DNA of 46,976 nucleotides from Octopus bimaculoides (taxonomy: Eukaryota): assembly GCF_001194135.2 (NCBI RefSeq), contig NC_068985.1, forward strand, positions 66,074,939 through 66,121,914, given 5' to 3'. This document shows positions 46,031 through 46,976 of the stretch, piece by piece; position 1 is the first letter of the stretch; each line of letters begins with the position of its first letter. The notes beneath the pieces were generated by a model, which saw only the letters and a program-made list of their open reading frames with translations, had not been told where the DNA came from and did no database searches. The position numbers and the translations under genes were made by a program.

Positions 46031-46589
46031 GCGTCGAAAAATATACCTTTCTAATTACACTCCAATATTAATACATTAATATATTTTTTCGAAAAATGGC
46101 ACTTATGATTGTATTTTTAATGCTGCACAGCCTAAAAAAAAAAAAAAAAAAAAATGAATCTTAATTTACTGCATGTTTCCATCTTTGATATTTATTAATT
46201 CCTCACTTCCGATTCAAAACATGTTTCTTGTAGTATACAACGTGAAGAGTTAAACTTTTTGCAATATCCACCTACTAAAATTCTTCATACAACTTACGTG
46301 TATAATTTTATCGCTAACATACTCTGATATTTGAATTAATCATAAAAGTTATCGTTATTCTCTATATTTATAATTTTTTTTTACCTTTGGTTAGCGTTTT
46401 CATAATGTTTATGTTAATATAATTACAGGTCATTGATAACTTCTACTTTAAACGATAAACTAGCATTTGTAAAACTTTGATAAACGGAAAGAGATGAAAT
46501 TATATATATTTTGCCGTTCTTTAATGTTTGAAAAAGTAGCTGTGCACACATTACATGTGCAATTTGATTACATAGACAATTTATTACAT

Positions 46590-46746
46590 ATCTGCATGCA
46601 TGCATACATACATACACACATACATACATTCATACATACATACAGTCATGCATGCATGCATATACACATACATACATACATAGATTAGTTACAGGATTCA
46701 TTACAATGTAGGCGTCCATTTGTGTTCTTTTTATACTTCATACCTA

Positions 46747-46827
<81 letters not shown>

Positions 46828-46828
46828 C
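46590..46828. repeat. (CATA)n and (TATC)n microsatellites
   Basis: Seen directly. Confidence 0.95.
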
Positions 46829-46976
46829 TACTGACGGACGTGCTGTCACATCGGCTGCAGAGGTAAACCTTTTTTTGACCTTATATTGCCCACATTTGTT
46901 AAAAATCTTTTCATATAATCTGTGCGAAGCACCCATGCTTCATTTGTGTATTTTTCGAAGGGAGGAATTGGCCCCT

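Noticed and set aside
730-46688. Many long ORFs in the supplied track (poly-I, HTHT, CVCV, YIYI, MYVC, poly-K/R/E, X-runs)
   Set aside because: They are translations of microsatellites and N gaps, not genes.

Overview
AT-rich eukaryotic (animal) genomic DNA with many microsatellites and assembly gaps, most of them flanked by (TA)n or (CA)n. The SINE families and repeat content look like a coleoid cephalopod, probably Octopus; this is recognised from memory, not from a search. I cannot identify a host protein-coding gene, and most ORFs in the supplied track are microsatellite artefacts. The window is mainly a patchwork of decayed mobile elements: several R4/Dong-type RLE LINE fragments and a (TAA)n-flanked non-autonomous partner, a HERO-like LINE fragment, RTE fragments (one with C-terminal C2H2 fingers), Penelope-like elements from at least two or three clades, a near full-length mariner, a Tigger/pogo, a hAT-like transposase, a Helitron-like 3' end, a Ty3/Gypsy element and tRNA-derived SINEs. 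The most striking unexplained structure is a ~530-bp imperfect palindrome at 26614-27143. It carries a type I hammerhead ribozyme on each strand. The + strand copy has an intact catalytic core, and stem I shows a compensatory base-pair change between the two copies. A further degenerate minimal hammerhead lies at the 3' end of a Penelope-like fragment (2258-2296). All protein and RNA family calls come from motif recognition by eye and need HMM, covariance-model or BLAST confirmation.
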